Shown here: piece by piece, positions 33,263 through 43,400 of the stretch
How positions within the stretch are numbered: the stretch's first letter is position 1
Layout: every line of letters starts with the position of its first letter
NCBI RefSeq assembly: GCF_964213995.1
Contig: NC_135825.1
Location: forward strand, 12,524,001-12,588,000
Direction of reading: 5' to 3'
Length of the DNA stretch: 64,000 nt
From: Mustelus asterias
Taxonomy: Eukaryota
Position numbers and translations under genes: made by a program
The notes under the pieces: generated by a model
Told to the model about the DNA's origin: nothing
Seen by the model: the letters and a program-made list of their open reading frames with translations, nothing else
Database searches by the model: none

Positions 33263-36200
33263 TCACAAGTCCAGACGGTCTGGAGGACCACACCGACGCT
33301 GCGATCTTCTCAACACCGGTTGCGAAACCAGAGCAGGTGCTTGCGGTGGCTCTCTCAAAGCAACATCTGGCTGTCCCCTCAAAGACTCCCGGGCCGGCCG
33401 GCCCTGATGAGGCGATGGTGTAGGGGATCCTGGAACGTTTGGTGGTGGTGGTGGTGGTGATGATGGTGGCGCCGATCTCCGAGTCTCAGGCAAGCTGTAC
33501 ATGGGAGTAAAAGTGTTATGCACTGGTCCCGGTGCTGACCGCGCCACGTCTGGGGAAGTAATGAGGAGTAGTGGATCTGTGACTGGGGGAATAGGAGCGA
33601 CAGGAGTTGCTACGTCCCCTGCGGGCGCCAGGTCTCTAATGGAGACAGTGTCCTCTCGCCCGTCAGGATATGCCACATAGGCATACTGAGGGTTGGCGTG
33701 GAGGAGTTGGACCGGTTCGACCAAGGGGTCGGACTTGCGAGCCCTCACATGGCGCCGCAGAAGGACGGGTCCTGGGTACGTCAACCAGGCTGGCAATGAG
33801 GTCCCCGAGGACGACTTCCGAGGGAATGAGAACATCCTCTCGTGGGGAGTAGCATTGGTTGCCGTACACAGGAGGGAGCGGATAGAATGGAGCGCAGTTG
33901 GAAGGACCTCCTGCCACCGGGAGACTGGAAGGCCCTTGGATTTCAGTGCCAGTAGGACAGCCTTCCAGACTGTAGCATTCTCCCTTTCCACCTGTCCGTT
34001 ACCCCTAGGGTTGTAGCTCGTGGTTCTACTGGAGGCAATCCCGAATGAGAGCAGGAATTGCCTCAAGTCGTTGCTCATGAACGACGAGCCCCTGTCGCTA
34101 TGAATATAGCAGGGGTACCCGAACAGGGTAAAAAGCTCACTGAATGCCTTGATGACGGTGGCAGTCGACGTGTCCGCACAGGGGAAAACAAACGGAAACC
34201 GGGAAAATTCGTCTATTATGTTAAGAAAATAGACATTCCGATCCGTTGAGGGAAGGGGGCCCTTAAAATCTACACTCAGCCTCTCAAAAGGGCGAGTGGC
34301 CTTGACCAAATGTGCCCGGTCTGGTCGATAAAAGTGTGGTTTGCATTCTGCGCAAATCCGACAACTTCTAGTAACTGACCTGACCTCCTCCACCGAGTAG
34401 GGTAGGTTGCGGGCTTTTATGAAGTGGTAGAGTCTGGTGACTCCAGGATGACACAGATCATTGTGGAGAGCCTTCAAGCGGTCCTCCTGCATGATGGCGC
34501 ATGTTCCGCGCGAGAGGGCATCCGAGGGCTCATTGAGCTTCCCTGGACGATACATAATATCGTAATTATAGGTGGAGAGCTCAATTCTCCACCGCAAGAT
34601 CTTATCGTTCTTGATCTTGCCCCTCTGCGTGTTACTGAACATAAACGCCACGGATCGTTGACCCGTGATCAGGGTGAACCGCTTACCTGCCAGGTAATGG
34701 CGCCAGTGTCTGACTGCCTCCACAATGGCCTGAGCCTCCTTTTCCACCGCTGAGTGCCGAATCTCTGGGCCTTGAAGGGTGCGGGAAAAAAACGGGACGG
34801 GCCTGCCTGCCTGGTTTAGTGTGGCGGCTAGGGCGAAGTCCGATGCATCACTCTCCACCTGGAAAGGGATGGATTCATCCACCGCGTGCATCGTGGCTTT
34901 CGAGATGTCGCTTTTCAAAACCTTGAAGGCCAATTGGGCCTCCGGCGTAAGTGGGAAGATCGTGGACTTAATGAGCGGACGAGCTTTGTCCGCGTAGTTG
35001 GGGACCCACTGTGCATAATACGAAAAGAACCCGAGGCATCTCCTCAGTGCTTTCGTGCTAGCGGGCAAGGGAAGTTCAGTGAGTGGGCGCATACGGTCTG
35101 GATCAGGGCCAATGACCCCGTTTTCCACCACGTATCCGAGGATGGCTAACCTACGCGTACGGAATACGCACTTCTCCCTGTTATAGGTCAGATTCAGGCG
35201 AGATGCAGTGCGTAGAAAGTGTTGGAGATTCGTGTCGTGGTCCTGCTGGTCATGGCCGCAGATGGTGACGTTATCCAGGTACGGGAAGGTAGCCCGCAAC
35301 CCGTTCTGGTCCACCATTCGGTCCATAGCACGCTGGAAGACCGAGACCCCATTGGTGACACCAAATGGAACCCTGAGGAATTGGTATAGACGACCATCCG
35401 CCTCAAAAGCCGTATATTGTCGGTCCTCTGGGCGGATGGGGAGTTGATGGTAGGCGGACTTAAGGTCTATGGTAGAAAACACTCGGTACTGCGCAATCTG
35501 ATTGACCATATCAGAAATGCGCGGGAGAGGATACGCATCCAGCTGCGTGTATCTATTAATGGTCTGACTATAGTCGATGACCATCCGAGGTTTGTTCCCG
35601 CTTTTGACTACCACGACCTGCGCTCTCCACGGACTAGCACTGGCCTGTATGATCCCTTCCTTGAGGAGCCGCTGAACCTCAGATCTAATAAAGATCCGGT
35701 CCTCAGCGCTGTAACGCCTACTTTTAGTAGCGATGGGCTTGCAGCCAGGTACCAGATTTTTAAAAAGGGATGGTGTCGTGATCTTCAGGGTGGATAGATT
35801 GCACGCGGGGCGTTTTGGGCAATTTGGAGGCTGCGGCTGGCTCCCTACGGCCAGTGAAGGGAGTGGCCCACCGTACTGTAGGATCACACTCTTCATGTGG
35901 ACCATAAAATTTAGTCCGAGGAGAATTGGCGCGCAAAGGTGAGGTAACACAAGGAGCCTGTATTGCTCGTAAACTGTGCCCTGTACCTCAAGAGTTACCA
36001 TACATTGTCCTTGGATCGGTACAGACCGGGACTGTGATGCCATGGAAATGGTCTGCTTGGCAGGGAGAACCCGGAGTCCACACCTTTTAGCAGTTTCAGG
36101 GTGTATGAAACTTTCGGTGCTCCCACTGTCAAACAGACAATTTACAGTTCTGCCACTAACCTTTACCTCCATCATAGAATGTTCCAGTCTGAAATGCCTG

Positions 36201-37300
36201 GTCTGATCCAGAGAGATCGACGCCACCGTTGGCCCCTGGGCGTCACTGCATGCTGCCGATGTGGATGCTGAGGACCCCTGCTGGTCGCTGCTGCATGCTG
36301 CCGATGTGGATGCTGAGGACCCCTGCTGGTCGCTCCTAGTCGTCGTGGACCATGATGGCCGCCCCCATGAATCGCATGTGGCCGAGGGCTCCAAGCGCAG
36401 CGACTCCTGGTGGTCTTCCTCCTCCTCTGTTTGCCACGATGGCGCTGTCCTGAGATCGCACGTGGTCGGACCTCGTGGGTACTGCGACGCCGAAGGAGAT
36501 TGTCTCCGTTCTGGAGGGTTACAAGCTGCACTGCCGTTTTTACGTTTGGACCTGCAGACTTTGCCGTCGTGGCCTTTTTTACCGCACTGGCTGCAGATTG
36601 CCGTTCTTGCTGGACACTGCTGCCGTGGATGCTTAGCCCCACCGCAAAAATAGCATCGCTGGCCCCCTGGAGCTGCCGCCGTCGTCGAATCGATCTGGGA
36701 GCGCGGGTTCGCAGGGCGAGGAGGGAGCAGAGCTTGCTCCAACCACGTTGACTGCACGTGGTCCTCGGGGTACAGCGCCAAGCTCTTCGACGCCGCCTCC
36801 AACCTCACGGCCATCCCCATTGCCTGGGTCAAGTTGAGTTTCCCCTTTTCTAATAATTTAAGTCTGATGTACGAGGACCCTACCCCTGCTACGAACGCGT
36901 CTCGGGCGAGGTCTTGCATGTACTGCTCGGCGGAGACATCCTTACAGTCACAACCCCTGGCAAGCTGCAGGAGTTCATTGGCGTAGTCTTCTATGGTCTC
37001 GCCCGACTGCCGACGTCGTGTAGCGAGGAGATAACGAGCGTGAATCTCGTTGGGTGGCGTAATGTACCTATTCTTTAGGAGCTCGACGGCACCCTGGTAA
37101 GTGGAAGCTGCACGAATGGCTAGGTAAATCGTGTCGCTTACCCTTGCGTGGAGGACCTGGAGTCTATCAGTGTCTGTAGTGATAGCTACCGAGGCTGCCA
37201 GGTAGTCCTCGAAGCACTTCCACCAATGTTCGAACGTGTTAGCTGCACCGACCGCACGTGGGTCCAGTGTCAGACGATCCGGTTTTAGGATCTGTTCCAT
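33263..37300 (-). CDS. Gypsy gag-pol polyprotein, 1345 aa from first ATG (MEQILKPD...)
   Basis: Double CCHC knuckle (CYFCGGAKHPRQQC, CSQCGKKGHDGKVC), protease LFDSGS, RT (IDLKSAYHQL, PFG, YLDN), RNase H (ESDASD, VEKEA), integrase HHCC and D-D-E (SVDFKG, HSDRG, QVERE). Confidence 0.95.
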   Translation of the reverse strand: MEQILKPDRLTLDPRAVGAANTFEHWWKCFEDYLAASVAITTDTDRLQVLHARVSDTIYLAIRAASTYQGAVELLKNRYITPPNEIHARYLLATRRRQSGETIEDYANELLQLARGCDCKDVSAEQYMQDLARDAFVAGVGSSYIRLKLLEKGKLNLTQAMGMAVRLEAASKSLALYPEDHVQSTWLEQALLPPRPANPRSQIDSTTAAAPGGQRCYFCGGAKHPRQQCPARTAICSQCGKKGHDGKVCRSKRKNGSAACNPPERRQSPSASQYPRGPTTCDLRTAPSWQTEEEEDHQESLRLEPSATCDSWGRPSWSTTTRSDQQGSSASTSAACSSDQQGSSASTSAACSDAQGPTVASISLDQTRHFRLEHSMMEVKVSGRTVNCLFDSGSTESFIHPETAKRCGLRVLPAKQTISMASQSRSVPIQGQCMVTLEVQGTVYEQYRLLVLPHLCAPILLGLNFMVHMKSVILQYGGPLPSLAVGSQPQPPNCPKRPACNLSTLKITTPSLFKNLVPGCKPIATKSRRYSAEDRIFIRSEVQRLLKEGIIQASASPWRAQVVVVKSGNKPRMVIDYSQTINRYTQLDAYPLPRISDMVNQIAQYRVFSTIDLKSAYHQLPIRPEDRQYTAFEADGRLYQFLRVPFGVTNGVSVFQRAMDRMVDQNGLRATFPYLDNVTICGHDQQDHDTNLQHFLRTASRLNLTYNREKCVFRTRRLAILGYVVENGVIGPDPDRMRPLTELPLPASTKALRRCLGFFSYYAQWVPNYADKARPLIKSTIFPLTPEAQLAFKVLKSDISKATMHAVDESIPFQVESDASDFALAATLNQAGRPVPFFSRTLQGPEIRHSAVEKEAQAIVEAVRHWRHYLAGKRFTLITGQRSVAFMFSNTQRGKIKNDKILRWRIELSTYNYDIMYRPGKLNEPSDALSRGTCAIMQEDRLKALHNDLCHPGVTRLYHFIKARNLPYSVEEVRSVTRSCRICAECKPHFYRPDRAHLVKATRPFERLSVDFKGPLPSTDRNVYFLNIIDEFSRFPFVFPCADTSTATVIKAFSELFTLFGYPCYIHSDRGSSFMSNDLRQFLLSFGIASSRTTSYNPRGNGQVERENATVWKAVLLALKSKGLPVSRWQEVLPTALHSIRSLLCTATNATPHERMFSFPRKSSSGTSLPAWLTYPGPVLLRRHVRARKSDPLVEPVQLLHANPQYAYVAYPDGREDTVSIRDLAPAGDVATPVAPIPPVTDPLLLITSPDVARSAPGPVHNTFTPMYSLPETRRSAPPSSPPPPPPNVPGSPTPSPHQGRPARESLRGQPDVALREPPQAPALVSQPVLRRSQRRCGPPDRLDL

Positions 37301-37322
37301 ATTCTCAGTTAATGTATTAAAT

Positions 37323-37595
37323 TGATGCACCTCAATGAGCACCCGGAAACAAGGCTTTAGAACTGAAGGCTTTAATACATTAACAATGAAACTACTAACA
37401 CAAATTCACCCGTTCAGACTGAAGGGGTCCTGCCGGAGCAGGGGGTCTTATACCCTGCCACCGGAGGCGGGACCCCACTGGAGTGTGCCATGATAACACT
37501 TGGGACAGGTAAACACCCTATCCCAACAACATAGTACAACCCCCATAACAACAACAATAACAACCCCAGTGGTGAACCAACGATGGTTCACCACA
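37323..37595 (-). repeat. 5' LTR of the Gypsy element
   Basis: Identical to 32918-33190. Minus-strand TATA-like GGGTATAAGA near 37447-37456 and ATTAAA at 37371-37376. Confidence 0.97.
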
Positions 37596-38474
37596 GAGTG
37601 TTTCAGATCCGACTCTGAGACCCATTCTCAGGAATCCCAGTACGCACACTGCCTGAAAAAAACCCAGCAATTCAGAATCGCGCTGCAGAAGCCTGTGGGC
37701 GGGGCTTAACCCGCCCGAAACGCTGCAGCTCCGATCGGCGCCTCCAACTGCGCAGTAAAAAAAAAAGAAAAATTCTCCCCTGTCACATCCCTCCCGGGCC
37801 GGGTAATGCCTCCTCCTGGCCCCCACAGACATTGCCCCACCCCCACAACATAACTGACCTCCTTATCCCCCCACCTCCCTCGCTACCCAGACCGATCACG
37901 GCCCCCCGCCCCCCCCTTCCCCCCCCCCACTAATCACATGCAGAGTGGCAGCAGACCTCCCCCTGGCCCTGTCCCTGCACCCCCCGCTCCCCACTGGAGA
38001 GCCATCTGACCCGCCTCCCTCCCCACCCCCACCCTCCAGAGAACAATCTGACCCGCCTCCCTCCCTCCATCCCTCCCCCTCCACCAATCTGAGTCAGAGA
38101 GCCGTTGGAAGCTCTGAACTCACCTCCTCAGAAGCTGGAGCGCCCAAAGCAGACCTTTGCCGAGCATATCTGTTTCGCGCTGAATCTGGACGGGCGAACG
38201 CGGTGGTGAAGGGGGAAGTGCTGGTAAGTTTGGGCGTGCAGCCCATTAAGTCAATTTAAATGCATGCAAATACATTTAAATTGATATTGCGCCCGTTTCA
38301 GGCGCGATCCCGATCGTGGCCATTTCAGGCCCTTGGTAAAGGGGGAATCTGTGCGGAGGTGGTCGTGGATCGTGCCACTCGCCTTACGCCGGATTTTAGC
38401 AAGTTTTCGTCCCCGAAAATGGGCGCATCTTGATGGTAAAATCAGGTCCAATGGGTCATTTTGACACAGATTGA

Positions 38475-38645
<171 letters not shown>

Positions 38646-40443
38646 TGAGCATCGCTTCAGTCTCTGCCTCATTCACTTTAACAGAGTCCCCGAGTGTTCC
38701 TCACCCTGAACTGGACAAGGCTCGAGAAGCGATTCGGAAACAACTCCCCATCAGCTGGTGAAATATGTGACTGTTGGTGAAAATGGAGAAGCAGCTTAAA
38801 CCGTCACTCCGGTTTAACCATTGATATTCTCTTTCTCCACGTCAGACCTGGACATTTCCAAATTTACTGCAAATTATCTGACAGAGAACATTCAATCTCA
38901 TTCAGACAACTGTTCAAACCCCTGAATAACAAAGACGCTAGAACAGGTCCTCCAATCCCAGTACCTTTGAATCAATATTCAACACAACATGATCTGAGCA
39001 CAGCCACAGAAAGGGACAGGTTCAAGGAGAATAAAACACAAATTCAAGTTTCTCAGACCCTTCTCGGAACTGGGGTAATGAAAGACACCAACAGACTCGT
39101 TTTGAGCCAGAGTAGAATGAGGGAGAGGCAACTGAGAGATCAATGATTCCAATAAATCAGGGTCAAGAAACAAGTACAGGCTCGAGAGAGGCATTCCAAA
39201 CTCTATGCCTGACTCTCACTCTCTTGATGTGACAGCAGAGAGTTCAGGTGCTTGATGACAGAGGCTCAGACTTTGGATCACCAAATGTATCCAAATGTTC
39301 CAGTGGAGTTTACCCAGGGTACCAGACACGTTTCCCAGTAAAGAGCACATCATCAGGTGGCACAGTGGTTAGCACTGCTGCCACACCGTGCCAGGGAGCC
39401 GGGTTTGATTCTTAGTTTTGGTCACTGTCTTTGTGGGGTCAGCACATTCTCCCATGTTTGCATGGGTTTCCTCCGGGTGCTCCGGTTTCCTCCCACAGTC
39501 CGAAAGATGTGCTGGTTAGGTGCATCGGCCATGCTAAATTCTCCCTCAGTGCACCCGAACAGGCGCCAGAGTGTGGCGACTAGGGGATTTTCACAGTAAC
39601 TTCATTGCAGTGTTAATGTAAACCTGCTTGTGACTACTAAATATCAACTTAAACTTTAACTTTAAGTTCTTGCTGAGTCAATCAGACTCAATTTCTTCCC
39701 ATGTCTCGGAGTTTGCCCTTCAGATGGGGGAATTAACTTGGGTATAGTGTGTCAAGATACACAGAGCTGATGGCTGGGGTTTAGCCAGTTTAATATTCTC
39801 ATTGTTTGAAGAAAGTGCCATTCTCCAGCCTCACTCACCGCCAACTACGTATAGGGAAATACACAGCCCCGTGTCAGGGAGTTGAGAACAACTATCATCA
39901 CATTGGAACAGTTAGTCAATCACAATTTACTTACGCCCAGAGTCTTCTCTCTGTGAATTGAGGTCCTTTTCTGCCTGAAATCTGCCTCAGAACGTGTTTG
40001 TGTGTCTGGTAAACGGAACAATAGAGGTTGTTCTACCCGACATCTAGGAGCTCAGATCTCCTCACCCTGACAGAATTGTTCCTCATCACCAACAACAAGG
40101 TTGAGATTAAGCAAATAAAACAAAACATTAATAAAACATGCCTCACAATTCAGTGGAAGTAATTAGCCTGAGTCACCAATAACCACCTTCTTAACGCTGC
40201 TTTATTTTTTACTCTCTCAGTGCAAGCTGGTGTAGCTCTTTTGTTACATGTGACTGACAAAAGTTCAAGACCTTACAAGCTAGATTTCATTCTCTGGCTC
40301 ACTGTGCTTGCATGACATAACTTCCTGCTGTCTCCTTCCCCTTTTTAAATTCCTTCTCCAATTTATATTAAACACTTATTTCAGCATGAGACACAGGAGC
40401 TGGGGGACTGACAACAAACACTGATCTGACCTCCAACAAAACG

Positions 40444-40480
40444 ATGTGGATTTTGATTCTCCTCATTTGCTCTCTGCCCG
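40444..40480 (+). CDS. Gene 2 exon 1, signal peptide MWILILLICSLP
   Basis: ATG at 40444 (the first ATG of gene 1 is ACG here). Donor G|GTGAGT. Confidence 0.88.
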
Positions 40481-43400
40481 GTGAGTAACAGCCAGAGTTG
40501 GATAGTCAGATAATCAGTGTTAGTTTAACTCTAGTCTACAGATTATACGGCAGAGATGTTTAAACATTTGGAGACTTGTAAAGGCACAAAAGGAAGTTTT
40601 GTGTTGCAGTGGGTGGAGGCTCTTTCTCTGAGCAGAAGCTCCAGGTTTGAGTCCTGCTTCTGCTCTTGATGGGAATGGAAGGTGGGTTCTAACAAGGCCA
40701 AACAGTTTGATTATCAACCTGAAAACTGTTCCAACACGCTGAAGGCAGGCGGTAAGAGGGAGAGATAGTCAGTCAGTCATGGTTGAGGCGGAGTGGTGTC
40801 CCTCATGCGTTAATAGTTGTGAATGGGAAATTAAGAACTATTCAATTTTTAAAATCCAGGCAAGTAACATTTTAAAAATGGAAGCTGTTTTTAACTGGTA
40901 ATTGTTTGAAATATTATCTGTTGTGCAATACACACTGAAAACTGCTGTGGTAATAATCCTGAAAACAGAACATGTCCCTAGTTAGCTATTGTTTCTGTTG
41001 TTTAATGTACATTTGTAGAGATATGATTTTATGAGGCTCTGTCAGTAACAATGTTCCTCTATAGGAGATGGTTGGTCGATATTAGAACAAAGAGAACAAA
41101 GAAATGTACAGCCCTCTAAGCCTGTGCCAATCATGATGCCCGAACTAAAAAAAATCCTTCTGCCCCGACTCGATCTGGATACTTCTATTACTCTTCCCAT
41201 TCTTTTTCTTTTACATAAGAACATAAGAAATAGGAGCAGGAGTAGGCCATCTAGCCCCTCAAGCCTGCCCCACCATTCAATAAGATCATGGCTAATCTGA
41301 AGTGGATCAGTTCCACTTACCTGCCTGATCCCCATAACCCCTAATTCCCTTACCGATCAGGAATCCATCTATCCGTGATTTAAACATATTCAACGAGGTA
41401 GCCTCCACCACTTCAGTGGGCAGAGAATTCCAGAGATTCACCACCCTCTGAGAGAAGAAGTTCCTCCTCAACTCTGTCCTAAACTGACCCCCCTTTATTC
41501 TGAGGCTGTGCCCTCTAGTTCTAGCTTCCTTTCTAAGTGGAAAGAATCTCTCCACCTCTACCCTATCCAGCCCCTTCATTATCTTATAGGTCTCTATAAG
41601 ATCCCCCCTCAGCCTTCTAAATTCCAACGAGTACAAACCCAATCTGCTCAGTCTCTCCTCGTAATCAACACCCCTCATCTCTGGTATCAACCTGGTGAAC
41701 CAAAACCTAATTTAGTTCTTTTAATTCTTTAACTTCATTAAACTGAATTTCTCTTTTCATTCCTGTCCATTTTAAGGGCGGCACGGTGGCACAGTGGTTA
41801 GCATCGTTGCCTCACAATGCCAGGGACCCGGGTTCAATTCCGGCCTTGGGTGACTGTTTGCAGTCACCCAAGAGGTTTGCACATTCTCCCTGTGTCTGCG
41901 TGGGTTTCCTCCGGGTGCTCCTTCCACACTCCAAAGATGTGCAGATTAGGTTGATTGGCCATGCTAAATTGCCCCTTAGTGTCAGGGGGATGAGCAAGGT
42001 AAATACGTGGGGTTATGGGGATTGGGACTACGCAGGGTTGTTGTCAGTGCTGGTTCGATGGGCCAAATGGCCTCCTTCTGCACTGTAGGGATTCTATGAT
42101 TCTCTGATTCTATGATTAGCTAATACTACATTGCAATGGAGTTCTTGATCAACATTATCAACCCTCCACCATTTACAATACCTTCTCACAAGCAACGTCA
42201 AACTCTAGTCCCGTCTTCTCGAAGCCTCTATTTTGCTAATTCTACACATCAAACCTCCCCACAATGTGCTGTGCCTTCAGTTTACCGATTTGATGCAGAT
42301 TACTTCATGTACGTGTGGACGGCAACTGAAGTGTGCTTCTGTCTGTTTGACAATCTTTGTTTGTTCAATCCTTCTTCATTCTGACCTGATCTCTTTTCCA
42401 CTACATTTTCATCTTTAATCCTTCCTGCACCTTTTCCCTTTTCTTCCCTTCCCTTGAGTATTTTAATTGTTTGGAATCTCCATCCTGTCATTTACTGTAA
42501 ACTCTTTCCTCAAGAGTTCCTCTCCCAGCAAGCCCATTGGTCTAATAACTCTTCAAGCCCGTTCCTTGGGCTGCTCCTCTTTTACACTTGGGATCAATGT
42601 GGCAGGAATCTCACTTTTCTCACTTTTCTCATGAATCATCTTTCCTGAAAAATTCTTCCTTTTGTTTCCTCACTATTCTTATCCTGACCACCACATGACA
42701 CTGGGGAATGATTCTGTGTTTATTCCCCTCCAGATCCGGCTCAGTGATCAGTCTCCAAGTTTCTGAATCTTCTCAGCTCTCTGCCTTTCTATGTTCTTGG
42801 TTGCCTGAACCTTCCCTTTCCAAATCCTCCTTCAGAACAGGCCGCAGAGAACAAGGACGAGAGGCTGGAAATTCTCTCGACAGTTTACGTTTCGCTGATT
42901 GAATTGGAGAAGACTCTCTGAATTAACTTGTTGCTGCTGTTTGAAAGAAAGAATTGCATTTCCATAGCGTCGTTGTTGTAATGGAGAAAAAACAACTTTT
43001 TCCTTCAAACAGCAACACAATAATGACTGAATAATCTCTTTTTTCAGCAGGATAAATATTGGTGAAGACACACTGGAGAATTCACCTGCTCCTCTTCACA
43101 ATACCACCATGGGGAGGTTTACACCCACCCGGGAGGGCAGATAGTGTCGTGATGGTTACCTGCCCAACTCCCGCTTGCTGCGAAACCATTCACCACCCCA
43201 TTCATTGCAATTTAGCACCCGATCTCCCCATGAAATCTGCATCATTCGCAACAGAACCTGCTTTCAAACTATGCACACTCCCATCTTTCCACTGCCACCC
43301 TTCCAAGGGGTCTCATTTCCCCCCAGGCCACCAATGGCCCAAACCCAGGCCTCTAATTTCCCTGATTCATCCAAGTCTTCCCCAGGTTTCCAGTCTCCTC

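Larger units (their letters stand above)
32918..37595 (-). mobile_element. Full-length Ty3/Gypsy LTR retrotransposon (no env, no chromodomain seen)
   Basis: Two identical 273-bp TG...CA LTRs. 5-bp TSD GAGTG (32913-32917, 37596-37600). Polypurine tract next to the 3' LTR. Single gag-pol ORF in PR-RT-RH-IN order. Confidence 0.97.
32862..38449. mobile_element. Non-autonomous TIR element (MITE, possibly PIF/Harbinger-type), ~0.9 kb, interrupted by the Gypsy insertion
   Basis: Imperfect TIRs gggcccgattttaccat (32862-32878) and atggtaaaatcaggtcc (38433-38449). GC/CpG-rich interior. TSD unclear. Confidence 0.6.

Noticed and set aside
37301-37342. ORF-track start of the Gypsy polyprotein at 37342
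   Set aside because: It is a TTG inside the 5' LTR. The first ATG after the LTR is at 37300.
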